A DNA stretch of 64,000 bases from the human T2T-CHM13v2.0 reference genome, Homo sapiens, in assembly GCF_009914755.1 (NCBI RefSeq), contig NC_060942.1, one strand, 5' to 3'. Every line of letters starts with the position of its first letter. Position 1 is the first letter of the stretch. The position numbers and the translations under genes are program-made. Positions 62,100-64,000 of this stretch are shown one piece after another. The notes below the pieces were generated by a model that worked only from the letters and a program-made list of their open reading frames with translations, did no database searches and was not told where the DNA came from.

Positions 62100-63790
62100 T
62101 TATAATAACTTTTGACAATAGTGCCCATCCCTAAAAGACCAGGCATTATTCTGGGCACTGGGGTATAGAAGCGACAAAACAGATTGAAAAAAAAAAAATC
62201 GTTGCCATCACAGAGTGGGGAAGGTGAAAGGACAGATAACAAAGAAATAGCAAGTTATCAAATAAGTTAGAAAGCTGTCAGTGCTATGGATAAACATTAA
62301 AGCAGGGAAGAGGTACAATTTTAATAGAGTGGTTAATGAAGCCTTTGAGAAAGGACTTGGAGGGAATGGGAGAGTGAACCATGCAGATTTGTGACAGTAT
62401 TCCAAGTAAAGGGAACAGGGAGTGCAAGGTACCAAGACCAGAGGATGGTTGACCCCTTCAAGGAAGAGCAAGAAGCAGAGCAGCTGTCAAAAACAGAAAA
62501 TAACAAATGTTGGCAAAAATCTGGAGATTTGGAACCTTTGTGCACTGTTGGTGGAAATGTAAAATGGGAAGCTGTTGTGAAAAAAAGTTTGCTAACTCCT
62601 CAAAAAGTTAAACATAAAATTACCAAATGACCCAGTAATTCCATTTCTAGGTATCTACCCAAAGGAACTGAAATCAGGGACTTAAACAGATACCTGTACA
62701 CCAACATTCTTAGCACCATTATTCATAATAGCCAAAAGATGGAAATACTCAAGTGCCCATCAATAGATGAATGAATAAACAAAATGTGGTATAGCCATGC
62801 AATGGAATACTGTTCAGTAGACCACCATAAGGACTTTGACTTAGACTTTAGGATGGGAGTCGTGGAGGTGAGGAAATGGGGTGTGACATGATCTGACCAT
62901 CTTTTAATAGACTTCTATGTTATGAATAGATCAACGAGGGGCAAGGATAGAAGCAGAGACATCAATGGAGAAGAGGCTATAGAAAGATTCTGAGCAAGAA
63001 ATGACAATGGGTTGGTAATGGTAGTGCAGGTGATAAGAAGAAGTCACGTTCCAGATGTACTTTTTCAGGTAAAGTGTAAATACCAATGAATTGGATGTAA
63101 ATTATGAAAGAATGAGAAGAATTAAAGGTGATTCAAAAGTTATTTGACCTAAGCTCCAGAAAGGATAATGTTACCATTAACTAAATAAATAGTAAGATGG
63201 CAGGGAAAGCAGGTTTGAGGATAAGAAGATCAATGCCTCAGTATGGAACATGGATTTAAGTGCTTATTAAACATCCAAGTACAGATGTCTAGTAGGTAGT
63301 TGACTATATGAATCTTGAATTTGGGAGGGCAGTTCAGATTAAAGTTTTTAGAGTCATCAGCATGTAGTTGAGACTAGTTGAGACCACTCAAGAATAATAG
63401 AAAAGGAGTATCCCAAGGACTGAGCTGTGGGGGACCAACATCAAGTGGTCAAGTTGATGAGGAGACTGAGAAGCAGCAGTCAGTGAAGCAGGAGGAAAAA
63501 TAGGAGTATGGGATATCTCGGAAGCCAAGTGAAGAAAGTGTTTTTAGGAGAAAGAGTGATTGACTGTGTCCAATGCTATTGATAGTTCAAATAAATAAGG
63601 ACCAAGAACTGGCAATTAGATCTAGAAACATGATGACTTGATAAGAACAGTCAGTGGAGAGGACAGGGCAAGAGCCTAAACGGGCAAGTTCAAGTGAGAA
63701 TGGGAGGAGAGAAATTGGAAACAGCATATGTAGAGAAGCCTTCTGAAGGGTTTTGCTAAAAAGAGAAAGAGAGAGGTGGGGCAGTTGATG
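62100..63790. mobile_element. Long L2 remnant interrupted by an L1 fragment
   Basis: L2 motifs CCAGGCATTATTCTGGGCACTGGGG, TTTTAATAGAGTGG, AAGGACTTTGACTT, TGACATGATCTGAC, TTAAACATCCAAGT..AGATGTC..GTAGGTAGTTG, GGAAGCCAAGTGAAGAAAGTGT. Confidence 0.75.
62487..62818 (+). mobile_element. L1MB/MA-like ORF2 C-terminal fragment
   Basis: AAAACAGAAAATAACAAATGTTGGCAA..GGAACCTTTGTGCACTGTTGGTGGAAATGTAAAATGG..CCCAGTAATTCCATTTCTAGGTAT..AAAATGTGGTATA. Confidence 0.8.
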
Positions 63791-64000
63791 GAGGGGAAAG
63801 TGGAAGGAGTCGGGGTCTCAGAAGCTCCTCTGTTTCTCTGGCTGGTTAGGTGCCCCTCCTCTGGGTTTACACCCTGACCTTTGTGTATATGCCTTCCCAA
63901 GCAGGCTGCAAGCTCCTGGGAGGCAGGAAGTGTGTATCTTAGTCATCTCTGAGTCCCCAAGGTCTAGCAATGTGTCTGATATACAGCAGCTCTCAGAAAA

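Overview
This is primate (almost certainly human) non-coding DNA, dense in repeats, with no intact cellular gene, no structural RNA gene and no CRISPR or prokaryotic system. The landmark is a full-length processed pseudogene of thiopurine S-methyltransferase (TPMTP1; the human copy is known to map to 18q21.1) at 18906-20706. It retains 5'UTR, intronless CDS, an Alu-containing 3'UTR, a poly(A) signal and tail, and a 15-bp TSD. Downstream are two full-length, same-orientation LINE-1s about 23 kb apart: an older L1PA3/4-type copy (26208-32372) and a young L1HS-Ta0 (49260-55315) inserted into the B-box of an Alu. The rest is a mosaic of Alu, MaLR and ERVL LTRs, old L1M, L2, MIR and hAT MITEs, plus two repeat-free, motif-rich blocks (about 38.7-39.1 kb and 55.6-57.0 kb) that look like enhancer or promoter DNA. 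The most unusual observation is that the two L1s share several non-consensus mutations in short patches, including the same ORF2 stop codon, although they belong to different subfamilies. This suggests local patchwork gene conversion that disabled the young L1, or else an assembly artefact. Repeat subfamily names and consensus comparisons come from recalled consensus sequences, not a database search, and boundaries of old repeats are approximate.
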